A stretch of 58,578 nt of DNA, taken from the IMG/VR virus record IMGVR_UViG_3300026521_000072, positions 1-58,578 of that record; one strand, written 5' to 3'. A program made the position numbers and the translations under genes. Source of the stretch: a virus. Its lineage: Duplodnaviria > Caudoviricetes. Below the pieces are notes generated by a model. The model worked only from the letters and a program-made list of their open reading frames with translations. It searched no databases and had not been told where the DNA came from. Shown here in pieces: positions 30,058 through 39,914 of the stretch (positions within the stretch are counted from its first letter, which is position 1; the number at the start of each line of letters is the position of its first letter).

Positions 30058-30267
30058 ATGGACTATCTATCATTACATTTTTTACTATATATTGGTAGAT
30101 GGTTATTATCCGCATTTGTTATGATGTTGCCTTTATACATACTGGTACATTATAAATGCTGTACTAACACTAAATATATGGAATATATTCACTTAGTGTT
30201 AATACAACTTATAGGAGCTTTTATATTCTATAAACTAGATTACTATATTTTTAAAGGAACACATTAA
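30058..30267 (+). CDS. small two-TM membrane protein
   Basis: two hydrophobic stretches in 69 aa. Confidence 0.6.
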   Translation: MDYLSLHFLLYIGRWLLSAFVMMLPLYILVHYKCCTNTKYMEYIHLVLIQLIGAFIFYKLDYYIFKGTH

Positions 30268-30407
30268 TGCAACGATTTCTTAGTTTACTTGCTATTATTA
30301 TACTAATTACAGCAGCAGCATGTGCAATAACACACCATACAGATTACGCTATACTGGGTATTATCATATACTTAAGTATGTTACAACTAAAATACGAGGA
30401 TAGTTAA
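30267..30407 (+). CDS. small membrane protein (46 aa)
   Basis: read from sequence: MQRFLSLLAIIILITAAACAI...; AAGGA RBS. Confidence 0.5.
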   Translation: MQRFLSLLAIIILITAAACAITHHTDYAILGIIIYLSMLQLKYEDS

Positions 30408-30438
30408 ATGGACATCCATACAATCACAAAGGAACAAT

Positions 30439-30828
30439 ATGAGTAAACCATTAGTAGATATTATGAATTTAAATCTAGATAGATATGGTAAAAATTTCGA
30501 TTTAGAGAAGTTTAAAAAAACATTTTATGAAGAAGTAGATGAAATGTTTAGAGGTATCGAAAATAACGATATCAATGAAACTATAGATGGGGCAAACGAT
30601 GCTATCGTAGTTCTCGCAGGACTTATAACACAACACGGCTATAATCCTGAATTGACTCTTAAACAAGTAGTTAAAGAGATTAAGTCTAGAGAACAATCAA
30701 AAGAACAACGTAAAAGATGGAAAGAAAACCCTAAATTACAAGATGTAGAAAAGTGGGAAAAAGATAGAACACAAGACCCATCTACACTATATAAAGCAGA
30801 TTTTAGTACATGTAGACTTGGTAACTAA
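30439..30828 (+). CDS. MazG-like NTP pyrophosphohydrolase
   Basis: EEVDE...ETIDGAND acidic motifs. Confidence 0.7.
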   Translation: MSKPLVDIMNLNLDRYGKNFDLEKFKKTFYEEVDEMFRGIENNDINETIDGANDAIVVLAGLITQHGYNPELTLKQVVKEIKSREQSKEQRKRWKENPKLQDVEKWEKDRTQDPSTLYKADFSTCRLGN

Positions 30829-30844
30829 ATACTATACAAGTACA

Positions 30845-30873
30845 TTGAAAAATAAATTTTATTATAGTATAAT
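30845..30873 (+). promoter_or_regulatory. sigma70 promoter
   Basis: TTGAAA-17 nt-TATAAT. Confidence 0.7.
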
Positions 30874-30879
30874 AAAATT

Positions 30880-31238
30880 TAGTTCCTACACATAATATAA
30901 AGGGTCGGCTGCTTTAGTAGAGCGAAGACAACTGTTAGATACTACTAATATCGTGAACAGTGACTGAAGGTAAGTATCACTTCAAACGGTAGAGTGCCAT
31001 AAATATCAAATCTCTACCATTTAATAGAAATAGCCAAGTGTCCAAGGTTTTGTTAGTTCTGAACCAGCGTAGCAAATCAGACTATAGACGAGGGATAATG
31101 CGTCAATAATGGACTATTTCTATATTTACTACATGTACAGTTAACATAATCGGAATGATGTTAATCCTCAAGTACAGGCGAGGTCAAAACTACATTGTCC
31201 AGAATAGTAATATTGGTTCAAATCCCATCTTCTCTACT
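30880..31238 (+). ncRNA. ORF-free structured transcript with tRNA-like elements
   Basis: downstream of near-consensus promoter; multiple stems; GGTTCAAATCC T-loop at 31215-31225. Confidence 0.45.
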
Positions 31239-31239
31239 A

Positions 31240-34200
31240 TTAGTACCCATCTATCAAGTGTGTAATCGGTACATCAGCTGCACCACTTATCAAACTTTCA
31301 GTATTATCTAACCAACTAAACGGATTTAATCTCTTACCCCATCTAAATATAATTGAACTATCTAACACATCATTAGGGATATCTAAGTATTTTTTACCTA
31401 AGCTATCCATCACTACTTTAGTAGTATTAGTTTTTAATAGTTTTAGATTAACTCTTTGTATATTAGCAAAATATTTCCAGAACGCTTCTGGCCCCATCTT
31501 ATCTAACCATTGAACTACTTTACTATTTATTACTTTACTGTAGTTTATAAAATTATCAGTAACTTCTCTTAAAGCTTTTTCCTTACTTACTCCATTTTCT
31601 ATAGCATTCCAATAAATAGCAGCTCTAAAGTGGAAATCACTTTCTTGTGTTACATGCAACAATAGCTGTCCTAATGCACTTTTCCTAGTTAAAAACGCAG
31701 TATTTACTACTTCTTTTATAGTCTTATTGTTACCAATTACGCTATCTTCTAACTTCTTTTCTACCCAATTTACAATTTTATTACTATCTTCTTCTAAATT
31801 TATATCTTCAACAATTGTCTGATACAACCCTTCTTCTAATAAAGGTATTAATGGATTATCTTTTATTTCAGCAGCTAAATCAGCTAGTTTTTTACGCACT
31901 TTATCTCGTTCAGCACCTTCAAGCATATCTACTTTACGTTCTAAGTTTCTACGTTTTTTCTCATCTTCTTTCCACTTATCTAAGTTTCGTTTACTTATCA
32001 ATAAATACTTAACTGCTTTATTTATAGGCATACCACTAAACCACAGAAATTTAGCATTACTCACTATATTACCTATTATAGTTCTAGGTAATTTTATAAC
32101 TACCATACTTTTAGCAATAGCTATAATATCTGCAAAGCCTTGTTCAATTAGTCTAACTTTATGTTGAATACTCAGAGGCAGTCTTTTTATAAGCGAAGAG
32201 TTACTAACCATTGCCTGGTTATACCCAAACAATTGTTTCATTAAATCTTTACGTATATATATTTCTCTACGCTCTTTAGGGTTTTTCACACCTTTAGCTA
32301 GATCTTCTTTTTTATTCATCTCAACTATATATGCTCTAGTTTTAGGAGGTAGCAAACCCCATAACTCCTCTCCTTCTGTTTTAGGCATAAATCGTGCAAC
32401 ATCAGCTTCTCCTACTTTACCTTTTAACTCTGCAGTCGTAAGCCTATTTTCAGTAGCATACACTCTTATAAATTCATTATCTAATAACTCTTTAGCTAAA
32501 TTTTCATCTTTGATACTTTTTAAAGTTTCTTTAGTATCTCGTATTATAATATCAATTAACTCCTCATTATTCGTGTCAGTATACACTTGTGTATCTTTTT
32601 GCCCAAAGCTTCTAGCTAATAAGTCTGTACCTCTTTTTTCTAAATCTATATGGGTCTCCATCTCAGATAGAGTAGGCTCATACCTAAAGTCAATTACCCT
32701 CCCATACTCATTATATATAGGGTACATATTATTATAGTTACTATGCTTAGCTGCATGTCTAATTGCTTCACGAATTTTATTGTTTATGCGTTCATTAGAT
32801 AAATGCTCGTTCTCTACTCTTACTTTTTCACTTAATGTCAAACCCTTAATAGTTAATCTTTGCAAACCTATTGCACCATCAACTCTTTTAGTTAACCCCA
32901 CATTGTCATTTACGTACAAACCATACAGCATTTTACCAGTATCTCCACTATCCTTTCTCATAGTACGAATTAGTCTATAACCTAGATTTTCCATTTTATT
33001 ACTAGTAGCTTTATCAAATGGAGCAAATATTAACTCTTTACTATAGTCGGTATTCTCCTTCATTTGTCCTTTAACCATTTCCTGTAACTTACCATTAAGC
33101 TCCCAATCACTTTTAGTAGCTACTTGTACACCTTTACTGTTTACTAAATAGTTTGTAACACCTTCTACATCTAAGTCTATTAGCTCTACCATACGCTCTT
33201 TATACTCAGAGTCTATGTCCTTTAAAGCGTATAATGTAATCAGTCTATCAATCATATTTTCAATCTTAACTACGTTATACTCTGCAACTAACTCTCCTCC
33301 GTCTGGAAACGCTAGGACACTACCAAAGTTTCTAGCGATATTATGAGCATTGCTGCGTAATCCTTTTTTAGTAAGCATGTACTTAGCTACACTTTTAGCA
33401 TTACGTACCATAGCATTACCCAGTACGTAGTTGCCATGTTTAATAGATTTTATACTTTTTTCTAATTTATTTATTTCTTTATCTAGTATATTACTATCTG
33501 TTAAGTATTTTCTTAACACTTTAGCATCGGTACTAACGGCTTGAAAGTCTGTACGCATAATAACTCTGTTTAAAGCGTGGTTGTATTTTAAGTTTTTATT
33601 AGCGTACATGTCTATGTTCTTAAACCCTGTTTGAATATCTCTTAAAGCTCCTTTGAAATGCATATCTCTCATACGGTCTAAATGACTTTTGAATTTCATA
33701 GTTATATCTGTTATCTGTACTAAAGTTTTTCTACCTGCCGTAAAATCCGCTATTAAGTCTTTTAAGAACTCATAGTACTTACCATACATTTTTTTAAGTA
33801 GATAATCTAATTGAATTCTGATTTTTAAGTACTCATCACTGTTATAGTCACCTATAATTGTATAGAGTCTAGTTATAGCTGGAAACATTTTAGCAATATG
33901 CCATGTCTTACCTAGCACACCACTATTACGAGCAAGTTCTGCTTCTTTATTTATGTACGTTAACAGTTTATGGACTCTAGTTAGCTCTGCTTCTTTATAC
34001 TTATGTTTATCTGTTTTATTATCTATAACACTAAAACGCTCTAGTACATTATCCACAACCTCTTTTACCGCTTTATCTACTTCTTTAGATACTTTATCTA
34101 AACCTTCATTAAACTTTTCGTCAATAACTATACCGATGTGTTCTTTAGCTTTATTGCCGTATTTGTTATTAACTTCTCCAAGTGCTATACTTAACCTTAG

Positions 34201-35418
34201 TAGCTCAGTCTCTATGTCTTTACCACGATTTCTCATGTGCGTTAAATCAAACACTAATTTATTCAATTTGTTTAATAGACCATAGAAAGTTTTACTGAGC
34301 CAAGAAGCACTGTCAGGTACTTTTATTTTTCTGTATTCTAATGGGGTGTTTTGCAGAGCTTTTTTTACATGCTTGTTAGTTAAACCATAAACTATAAATT
34401 CTTGTAAACGTCTATCAGCATCTTTATTTGTAAAATCATCTAACTTTCCGGTAAATATGTAATCATACATACTTTTTGCTTTAGCGGTTTCTTCTTTAGT
34501 GTAAGGGCCTTCTCCTTCAGGTAGCAAATCTTTGTAAGTCATTCTACTTTTAGCTACTGTATAAAGTCTTCGTAAATCATCCTTTACATCTTGCCCCAGC
34601 ACACCAAGCGATTTATGAAACAGTACATCTAAGTATGCATGTGTAATTTCATGTACTAACGCTTCCTCGTTACCCATTAGAAATCTATTATTCGCTTTTT
34701 CTGCTAGGTCACTTGGAAGTATACGTACCTTACTCCCTTTTACATTCGGATTGAAGGATGCTGCAGGCTCTGATAGTACATTAAGCATACTCTTGCTTAC
34801 ATCTATTTTTAAGGCACCAATCTCTTTAACTAGTCTATACATTCTCTTTGTAAGTTTTCGTAGATGTTCTGTATGCTCAGTATCCTGTACTACATTAGGA
34901 GCTTTCTCGTCTATACTTACCATCTCAGCATGTATTTGTTTTAAGTTACCACTCATAACGTTTTCACTGCTACCAAACATCTTGTTCATAGCATCTTCGT
35001 CCATATCAACGTTAAATAATGTATCTAAGTCGTCTTCGTGTCTAGGAGAGTTTTTAATAGCATTTTCTATTACATCAGACTGTACGTTACCTACAACTCT
35101 ACTACCAACTTCTTTAAAGTGTAAATCGATGTCACCATCAACAGTGTAAAATGTTATATTCCCTTTAGCATCAATATTGACTCTATCTATAAGTGTGGAT
35201 TGTCTATCAGAATTACCATTTTCATAGTATTCTACACTACCACTACCTAAACGCATGTCTATATTGATAGCTCTGTTGTGTAGTACAATAGCTTCTCTTC
35301 CTAGAGCATCAAGTTCTTTATCTGAGGTTTGTGGGTATTCCTTTCTAAGATTCTGCTTAACTTCTTTTAAATCTTCATTTGTAAGCATTAAACCCCTAGC
35401 ATATGCAGTACATTTCAT
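31240..35418 (-). CDS. virion RNAP subunit C (N4 vRNAP C-terminal-like, zincin motif)
   Basis: HEITH, QEFIVYGLTN, VVIK...NIVSN, QESDF...R, FINY resemble the N4 gp50 C-terminal region; single Cys at residue 3. Confidence 0.75.
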   Translation of the reverse strand: MKCTAYARGLMLTNEDLKEVKQNLRKEYPQTSDKELDALGREAIVLHNRAINIDMRLGSGSVEYYENGNSDRQSTLIDRVNIDAKGNITFYTVDGDIDLHFKEVGSRVVGNVQSDVIENAIKNSPRHEDDLDTLFNVDMDEDAMNKMFGSSENVMSGNLKQIHAEMVSIDEKAPNVVQDTEHTEHLRKLTKRMYRLVKEIGALKIDVSKSMLNVLSEPAASFNPNVKGSKVRILPSDLAEKANNRFLMGNEEALVHEITHAYLDVLFHKSLGVLGQDVKDDLRRLYTVAKSRMTYKDLLPEGEGPYTKEETAKAKSMYDYIFTGKLDDFTNKDADRRLQEFIVYGLTNKHVKKALQNTPLEYRKIKVPDSASWLSKTFYGLLNKLNKLVFDLTHMRNRGKDIETELLRLSIALGEVNNKYGNKAKEHIGIVIDEKFNEGLDKVSKEVDKAVKEVVDNVLERFSVIDNKTDKHKYKEAELTRVHKLLTYINKEAELARNSGVLGKTWHIAKMFPAITRLYTIIGDYNSDEYLKIRIQLDYLLKKMYGKYYEFLKDLIADFTAGRKTLVQITDITMKFKSHLDRMRDMHFKGALRDIQTGFKNIDMYANKNLKYNHALNRVIMRTDFQAVSTDAKVLRKYLTDSNILDKEINKLEKSIKSIKHGNYVLGNAMVRNAKSVAKYMLTKKGLRSNAHNIARNFGSVLAFPDGGELVAEYNVVKIENMIDRLITLYALKDIDSEYKERMVELIDLDVEGVTNYLVNSKGVQVATKSDWELNGKLQEMVKGQMKENTDYSKELIFAPFDKATSNKMENLGYRLIRTMRKDSGDTGKMLYGLYVNDNVGLTKRVDGAIGLQRLTIKGLTLSEKVRVENEHLSNERINNKIREAIRHAAKHSNYNNMYPIYNEYGRVIDFRYEPTLSEMETHIDLEKRGTDLLARSFGQKDTQVYTDTNNEELIDIIIRDTKETLKSIKDENLAKELLDNEFIRVYATENRLTTAELKGKVGEADVARFMPKTEGEELWGLLPPKTRAYIVEMNKKEDLAKGVKNPKERREIYIRKDLMKQLFGYNQAMVSNSSLIKRLPLSIQHKVRLIEQGFADIIAIAKSMVVIKLPRTIIGNIVSNAKFLWFSGMPINKAVKYLLISKRNLDKWKEDEKKRRNLERKVDMLEGAERDKVRKKLADLAAEIKDNPLIPLLEEGLYQTIVEDINLEEDSNKIVNWVEKKLEDSVIGNNKTIKEVVNTAFLTRKSALGQLLLHVTQESDFHFRAAIYWNAIENGVSKEKALREVTDNFINYSKVINSKVVQWLDKMGPEAFWKYFANIQRVNLKLLKTNTTKVVMDSLGKKYLDIPNDVLDSSIIFRWGKRLNPFSWLDNTESLISGAADVPITHLIDGY

Positions 35419-35420
35419 TG

Positions 35421-38400
35421 TTATCCTTTACACTTTGTGTTGCTGTTATCTATAACAGTCTTTGTTGCTATTATACCTGTTTCTAGCATAGAATCATCTG
35501 AATTGCTAGAACTATTCTCTACTCGTCTAATCATTATAATCTGGTCTCCAGTATTGCTTATCACTTCAAACCCATATTTACTGTACCAACTTATTAGTTT
35601 CTCTTCATTGGTAGTATCGTCCATAGGAAGCACCTCTAACAGTATATCTTCATTACCGTACTCATTAATTACACGTCCCATGACAGCATCAGCATAACCT
35701 AATCCTCTCTCATTTGAATGTATCATGTTAAGTGTGCGGTATACCTTAGTCTTATCTACATCGTCACCTAAGTAATCATTCCAGTTCAGCATACCGTTTA
35801 TCTTAGCCTTACCTAAGCTAGCATAAGCAACAACTTTATCGTTTTTATACAACTCCACACGTTTTACATTTCTATTTTTATTATTTGGGTCAACAACTAA
35901 CTCTCGTTCTTTTATTTGAGTTTCTAGTGCATCTTCTACTATACTATCTACAGCCTTCACTACGTAGCGAGTATCTACACTCCACAGTTTACCTAACACT
36001 TTCTTTATAGTATTCAGCACGTTGTTTACACTTATGGACTCATTTTGTGGGAACTGTTTAATAAACGCTCTACGTACACTAGGTTCACTACTTAGTACAG
36101 CTACTAACTCAGCTACCTGAGTAAACTCATCCTTTCTACTAAGCACATAGTCTAGTCTTTGACGAAGGATGTTACCCTCTATATCATGTCCAGGGTCAAA
36201 GTCTTTTAAACTCTCTAAACTTTTAGCTAAATACTTATATTGTTTTCTGTGTTTACCGTCTTGTAACCATTTATATGTAATTGCATGTTTAATCTCATGT
36301 GCTACATAAACAGCTCTATCTTTCGGATTAGCTTCTGCTACTATAGTTATGCTATTATTCTCTGGGTCGTACATAAACTCTTCACCAAATTTGATTTTAA
36401 TGCCATATTTCTGTATATACTGGTCATTTAGCTTATCAATCTGCTTAGCTTCTTCATTACTAATCAGCACTTCTGGTAGATAATCATCAGCAGCTTTTAA
36501 ATTTTGCGTGATTTTAAGTTTAGTATTGTCGAGTTTTCTAGTTATACTTTGTATTACATTTTCACTGGTAGTTTTTGTTTCGTATTTAGTAGGTTCGTAC
36601 TCATACTTAGCACTTACTTTATTGCCGTTCTTATCTAGCGTTTCAGCATAGGCATGTTCTACGTACAGTGTCTTGCTAAACAACTTCTCTCTATTAGTTT
36701 CAGATAGTTTTTCAATCCTACTCAGATCAGTTATATATTTCTTAATTTGGTCTGCATACTTTAACTTGCTGCCTGGTTTGCTATACTCCTCATTCAACTC
36801 TTTTAGTATATCTTCTAGCACACCATCTTCTAGCCTACTGTTAGTAAACGTCTTAACCACTGATTGCATAATTTCATGTACTAAGTGATAGTCTTTATTT
36901 AAGTTAATCCAGTGTTTGTTATAGTCTTTAGTACCTTCTATAAACTCATCTATAGAGAAATAGTTAGCATCATGCACTCCGAGTGCTACTCTACTTTTTA
37001 GTACTTCAGCTTGCACACTACCATCAAAGAAGTGTATAGGTACAACTGCACCTGAACTGTATGCCTCAACTAACTTATACAACTCTATGGCACCATGTGT
37101 AAGCCTATTACCGCTACTTTTAGTTCTTAAGCCTGGGCTAGCAATATTACCAAGCAACTCAACGTCACCCTCTTTAGTAGACACCCTCTGACGTTTAGCT
37201 ATTAGAAGTTTAGAAGTTATACCGTCATCAGTCTTAAGCACAGAGTTGAGTACTGGTAGCACATAGGACATTTCCTGTACCAAGGCTTGCATTTCTTTTT
37301 TATTTATAGGAGGTACTAGTCGTGAAGCGCGCTTATACTCAGGGCTATCTTCTTTAACAGCATCATCTACTAATTTTAGCACTTTAGTTTTATGTAGTTC
37401 TTTTATTCTCCTGTCTAGTAATTTTCTAGCAATCCTAAACTGTACTGTAAATAGCTCATTTGTAGTTCTAGTTAGTTCTATGAAGGGTTTATACTTCTTT
37501 GTTAGTACTACTTTTAAAGCGTTACCGAATGTAGGCTGTCCTTCTAATTCTTCATCTGCAGCATATACATAACCGATTAGTGTTGTACGCTCATCAGGGC
37601 TCAGTTGAAACTTACGTAAAGCTTCTAAATTTTTCGGCAAATCTCGCTTCTTGTCAGACTGTAGTACATGCAGAATTTTATTTATTCTATTATACTCATC
37701 ACCCAATTCTCGCTCTATTTCGTAGTCAGGATCTTTCGGGTTGTAGTCAGGACTAGAGTAGTAATTTTTAGCTTTTATGTAGTAGGTATTTATCATGTTA
37801 TATAAATTATCTACCGTTAAGTTAGCTGTAGATTGTATGATTGAATTAATGGCACTACCGTAGTTGAGTACCATAAACGGGTTTTTCATAAAATTACGAC
37901 TAAATCCTCTATCTTCATCATACTTAGGGTCTATAAGTTTTAACACCTCTAAAGGTACATCATAGCTATTTTTACGCAATTCTTTTGTTAGTTCTTTGGC
38001 AGGGTCCTCATAAGAATCTAACGCATCTGTATCATCATTTCTAGCACCATAACTTTTAGAAGCCTCTGTAAACACTCCCATTTTCTCTAGTTCTTTTATT
38101 TGAGCATCTATATTGGAGCCGAATAGGATTGGGATTTGCATGTTTTTAATTGCATACCCAGACGTAATAGCGTCTGTCTCTATACTAGATTCAGTGTAGT
38201 AACTCTCTGCAGTACCTCTACCAGTATAATTCCAGTTTAATAGCTCACTGATACCACTCAATAGATGTTCTGGCTCTCCTAAATTGTATTTACCTTCTTT
38301 AGCTACTTCTAGTAGTATTTTTGCATGCTCTGCATAAGTTTCACTATTTTGGTACTCTTCTAATGTAGCGTATTGTGTAGCTTCGTCTATATCATAACTA

Positions 38401-39914
38401 CTTGATAATTTATCTATAATAATATCTATTTCATTGTTATTAGCTACTAATAGTTTTTCTGCTGTTTGTTTATCTACGCTGACACCGAACGATTGTCCAA
38501 GCATAAGTTTAAATCCGTTTTCGTTACTTTTAGTGACTTCAACTTTTCTATTATACACTGCATACCGGTGTAGTTTCTTATCTTGCCAATTTAGTTTGTT
38601 ACTATCTATCATAAATCTATTATTAGTAATTACTTTCCATCTTGCATACATATCTTTATCTAAACCAAATTCATCGTAAGCTTCTTGTAAGTAGTTGATA
38701 GAATCAGCCAGCATATTGTTCTTACCACGTACAGCTTCTAGCTTAACATCTAACACATCTTCTTCATTTTTATAGCCTAACAATTCTAGTAGTACACCAT
38801 CCTTATGAAGCTTTTGCACAAGCTTGTTAAACCCATTCTTCATACGATACGGCGTACTGCTTTGTTTTATTACAGCATCTTTGTGAGCAGAACTGACTAC
38901 ATCCCCTAACTCACCACTCGGACCTTCATTAACTATTTCACTTCGTTTAGGTACTGCATCACTTTTAGTTGTAAATACTCCATATTTAGTCGGTTCGCCT
39001 ACAACACTGTCATACAATTTTCCTGCACTATCTTTTACAGTCTTGCTACTAACTAGTACTTCTACCCCACCTGCAATGACATACAACGACATATCACCGT
39101 TACGTCCTACTTTGCGTTTATTGTTAAAACTAACTACTTTTATGCCTTTCCTAGTATCATCTATATCAGTCTTTTTTACTGTAAGCATACCAACATTTTC
39201 TAGACCAGCTAAACTAAGCATACCAAGTTCAGCTTTCAATTTAGCTTCTAGTACATGATTGTTGATAAGGTTTGTATCACTGTCAGCTTTAATACCTAGC
39301 AACTTATACGCTTTACTACCTATGGTATTTATACTTCTATTATATAACGTATCAAATCCGTTCAACTTTTCGTACATTTCTGTAGTAATAGTGTCTTTTT
39401 TATCTATTCCTAGTATAGCTCGAACTGTATCAGGATGTCGATGCTCTGCTAAGTCAGATTCAGCATCATTGACTAGCCAATCAGTAGTAGCTATACTTAC
39501 AGCTTTAGCAACTTCATCATTTAGTGTGTAGTGTGTAATCTTACCATACTCATTTTTATGTGCTTTATACAGCAGTCCAATAATACTTTGCCAACCTTCA
39601 GTTATATTATTATTGCCTGTGTACATAGGGTCAATGAGAAAATTATCATAAGTATCTGCTTGAACAACACCTTCTTTAGTTACATAGTTTTCTATCACAT
39701 TTTTTAATGTAAGTGCTATAGTGTCTTGAATTTGAGTTTCTACTAGCTTAGTGGTAGCTTTAGGGTTCGCTTTAAAGTATGTACTAAGTGTTGCATTCAG
39801 TGCTGTGTGATTTCTTATATCGTGTATAACCTTACCAACACCATTTTCATTTTTCAGTTTATATAGTGCTGGTAATACTTTTGATACATCTTTTAACGCT
39901 TCAGTACATTTCAT
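35421..39914 (-). CDS. virion RNA polymerase catalytic subunit B (T7/N4 single-subunit family) with zincin and GNAT-like tail
   Basis: NNRFM...WQDKKLHR, motif A ETDAITSG, motif B RNFMKNPFMVLNYGS, motif C GVHDA; HEIKH; RGLGYA...WYSKYGF. Confidence 0.88.
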   Translation of the reverse strand: MKCTEALKDVSKVLPALYKLKNENGVGKVIHDIRNHTALNATLSTYFKANPKATTKLVETQIQDTIALTLKNVIENYVTKEGVVQADTYDNFLIDPMYTGNNNITEGWQSIIGLLYKAHKNEYGKITHYTLNDEVAKAVSIATTDWLVNDAESDLAEHRHPDTVRAILGIDKKDTITTEMYEKLNGFDTLYNRSINTIGSKAYKLLGIKADSDTNLINNHVLEAKLKAELGMLSLAGLENVGMLTVKKTDIDDTRKGIKVVSFNNKRKVGRNGDMSLYVIAGGVEVLVSSKTVKDSAGKLYDSVVGEPTKYGVFTTKSDAVPKRSEIVNEGPSGELGDVVSSAHKDAVIKQSSTPYRMKNGFNKLVQKLHKDGVLLELLGYKNEEDVLDVKLEAVRGKNNMLADSINYLQEAYDEFGLDKDMYARWKVITNNRFMIDSNKLNWQDKKLHRYAVYNRKVEVTKSNENGFKLMLGQSFGVSVDKQTAEKLLVANNNEIDIIIDKLSSSYDIDEATQYATLEEYQNSETYAEHAKILLEVAKEGKYNLGEPEHLLSGISELLNWNYTGRGTAESYYTESSIETDAITSGYAIKNMQIPILFGSNIDAQIKELEKMGVFTEASKSYGARNDDTDALDSYEDPAKELTKELRKNSYDVPLEVLKLIDPKYDEDRGFSRNFMKNPFMVLNYGSAINSIIQSTANLTVDNLYNMINTYYIKAKNYYSSPDYNPKDPDYEIERELGDEYNRINKILHVLQSDKKRDLPKNLEALRKFQLSPDERTTLIGYVYAADEELEGQPTFGNALKVVLTKKYKPFIELTRTTNELFTVQFRIARKLLDRRIKELHKTKVLKLVDDAVKEDSPEYKRASRLVPPINKKEMQALVQEMSYVLPVLNSVLKTDDGITSKLLIAKRQRVSTKEGDVELLGNIASPGLRTKSSGNRLTHGAIELYKLVEAYSSGAVVPIHFFDGSVQAEVLKSRVALGVHDANYFSIDEFIEGTKDYNKHWINLNKDYHLVHEIMQSVVKTFTNSRLEDGVLEDILKELNEEYSKPGSKLKYADQIKKYITDLSRIEKLSETNREKLFSKTLYVEHAYAETLDKNGNKVSAKYEYEPTKYETKTTSENVIQSITRKLDNTKLKITQNLKAADDYLPEVLISNEEAKQIDKLNDQYIQKYGIKIKFGEEFMYDPENNSITIVAEANPKDRAVYVAHEIKHAITYKWLQDGKHRKQYKYLAKSLESLKDFDPGHDIEGNILRQRLDYVLSRKDEFTQVAELVAVLSSEPSVRRAFIKQFPQNESISVNNVLNTIKKVLGKLWSVDTRYVVKAVDSIVEDALETQIKERELVVDPNNKNRNVKRVELYKNDKVVAYASLGKAKINGMLNWNDYLGDDVDKTKVYRTLNMIHSNERGLGYADAVMGRVINEYGNEDILLEVLPMDDTTNEEKLISWYSKYGFEVISNTGDQIIMIRRVENSSSNSDDSMLETGIIATKTVIDNSNTKCKG

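Noticed and set aside
31160-31240. Canonical tRNA ending at the GGTTCAAATCC T-arm
   Set aside because: No matching acceptor 5' strand, D arm or anticodon arm at standard spacing.
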